Below, one piece after another: positions 36,403 through 37,777 of a stretch of 37,777 nt of DNA. The notes below the pieces were generated by a model, which saw only the letters and a program-made list of their open reading frames with translations, was not told the DNA's origin and did not search any database. The stretch is from a virus (Duplodnaviria > Caudoviricetes): IMG/VR virus record IMGVR_UViG_3300025635_000074, positions 1 through 37,777 of that record; one strand, given 5' to 3'. Positions within the stretch are counted from its first letter, which is position 1. Each line of letters opens with the position of its first letter. Position numbers and translations under genes: made by a program.

Positions 36403-37272
36403 TGCCTATTTAATGGTTCTTCATACACATTAATTAATGCAGAAACAATAGGTCAATTATCATATTCGACTCCATTATTATCAGATTCGGGATTAGATAT
36501 CTATGAATATCCTATTCATAGAACATTAGATTCGGATCACAAAGTATTGGAATATGAACATGGATATATTCTAGTTGCAGATACATCTAAGGGTGTTGGT
36601 GGAGATTATTCCGCGTTTACAGTAATTGATATTACTCAAATGCCTTATCGAATTGTTGCAAAATATCGAGATAATACTATATCACCGTTATTATACCCAT
36701 CAATAATATATAAAGTTGCTAGACAATATAACAATGCATTTGTGCTACTAGAAATTAATTTCTCAGATCAAGTTGCACATATTCTATATTCTGATTATGA
36801 ATATGAAAATATCTTATTTGTCACTAAAGATAATACGCAGCAGAGAATATCGAATGGTTTTGCTGGTGCATCAACCGCGTTAGGTGTTTCCACGGATAAA
36901 AAAGTGAAACGTATCGGTTGTTCAAATTTTAAGGCGCTTATAGAAGAGAAAAAACTGCTAATTCCCGATGCAGATATTATATCAGAATTATCAACCTTCA
37001 TACAAGTAAAAGATTCATATGCAGCAGATGAAGGATATAATGATGATTTAGTAATGACGTTAGTATTATTTGGTTGGTTAACAACTTCCATGTTTTTTAA
37101 AGAAGTTACTGATATGAATTTGCGTCAAGCATTATATCAAGAACGAATCCAGAAAATTGAAGATGATTTTTTGCCTATACTACGAGACGATGGAATAGAT
37201 TCTGGAATCTATCATGATACAAAAGATGTATGGTTTGATTATGGTGTTTTTAATTCAAACATATACAAATAA
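36088..37272 (+). CDS. gp17: Terminase large subunit gp17, split-intein C fragment fused to C-terminal nuclease half
   Basis: Intein portion ends ...IISHN|CLFNGSSYTLI, followed by RNase H-like nuclease motifs ADTSKGVGGDYS, LLEIN, KRIGCS, YNDDLVMTL. Confidence 0.93.
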   Translation: MSEIAFNSNYEILTPTDWQNFDGIRKSKKQTLKIKFQSGKEVICTPDHRFIHDNIEITAKSLKVKSKLGNEIVVSVKLDKIQNVYDPINVANGSKYLSKNIISHNCLFNGSSYTLINAETIGQLSYSTPLLSDSGLDIYEYPIHRTLDSDHKVLEYEHGYILVADTSKGVGGDYSAFTVIDITQMPYRIVAKYRDNTISPLLYPSIIYKVARQYNNAFVLLEINFSDQVAHILYSDYEYENILFVTKDNTQQRISNGFAGASTALGVSTDKKVKRIGCSNFKALIEEKKLLIPDADIISELSTFIQVKDSYAADEGYNDDLVMTLVLFGWLTTSMFFKEVTDMNLRQALYQERIQKIEDDFLPILRDDGIDSGIYHDTKDVWFDYGVFNSNIYK

Positions 37273-37279
37273 TAAAAAA

Positions 37280-37287
37280 CATAAATA
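37280..37287 (+). promoter_or_regulatory. Late promoter-like motif CATAAATA upstream of gp18
   Basis: Intergenic, about 43 nt before the gp18 ATG. SD-like agggg at 37319-37323. Confidence 0.65.
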
Positions 37288-37329
37288 ATCAATCTACAAG
37301 AAAAGAATTCAACATCATAGGGGTTAAAC

Positions 37330-37777
37330 ATGGCAAATTTTTTATCGCCAGGTGTAAATGTAACAGAAGTTGATTTAACAGCATCTATTCAATCAGGCGC
37401 AACTTCGACAGGCGCATTTGCTGGAATATTCAATTGGGGTCCAGGAAATCAAATCGTATCTATATCAAATGAAACTAATCTACTGAATACTTTTGGTAAA
37501 CCGGATTCCAATAATTTCACACATTGGTTTTCGGCAGCAAATTTTTTAGCATATTCCAATGATTTACGAGTAGTTCGAGCATTAGGAACGGATTCATTAA
37601 ATGCAACTGTTGATGGTTCTGGGCTATTAATAGAAAATGAATTAGACTATTTAGAAAATCACTCAGATGGTACTGATGCTGTTTCTGGACCATTCGCAGC
37701 TAAATATGCTGGTGGTTTAGGAAATAGTTTAGCAATTTCACTATGTCCAAGTTCTAATGCATTTTCTCAGAATGTAA
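37330..37777 (+). CDS. gp18: Tail sheath protein gp18 (5' part, runs off the window)
   Basis: Manual translation MANFLSPGVNVTEVDLT...GAFAGIFNWGP...FGKPD...WFSAANFLAYSNDLRVVRA...FAAKYAGGLGNSLAISLC, open to the window end. Confidence 0.93.
   Translation, partial: MANFLSPGVNVTEVDLTASIQSGATSTGAFAGIFNWGPGNQIVSISNETNLLNTFGKPDSNNFTHWFSAANFLAYSNDLRVVRALGTDSLNATVDGSGLLIENELDYLENHSDGTDAVSGPFAAKYAGGLGNSLAISLCPSSNAFSQNV

Noticed and set aside
1-37777. Alternative genetic code (stop-codon reassignment)
   Set aside because: Conserved genes are full length in the standard code, and TAA, TAG and TGA all occur at expected gene ends.
1-37777. tRNA, rRNA, CRISPR arrays and intrinsic terminators
   Set aside because: Intergenic gaps are very short. 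I saw no cloverleaf, repeat-spacer array or convincing GC stem with a U-tract by eye.

Overview
AT-rich segment of a large T4-like (Tevenvirinae/Kyanoviridae-style) myophage covering the late virion-morphogenesis module. Order: divergent head-completion gene (gp4, partial); baseplate genes (gp48, gp53, hub-like protein, gp5 split into two genes, gp25, gp6, gp7-like, gp8); a 2154-aa VrlC/DUF4815-like protein; a ~11 kb cluster of fibre/adhesin genes in place of T4 gp9-12/wac; neck and tail-completion genes gp13-15; small terminase gp16; a Dps/mini-ferritin; large terminase gp17; start of tail sheath gp18. The clearest unusual system is the fractured gp17. It is encoded as two ORFs carrying an atypically split intein (34-aa IntN, 105-aa IntC), separated by a free-standing GIY-YIG homing endonuclease that has its own late-promoter-like motif and a two-hairpin leader. 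Other notable points: Dps tightly coupled between gp16 and gp17, a sigma70-promoter-driven antisense gene inside the baseplate cluster, an LRR adhesin flanked by in-frame 110-bp direct repeats, and a pervasive A-N-[T/S/V] motif in virion proteins. All family calls come from motif recognition and synteny, not database searches.
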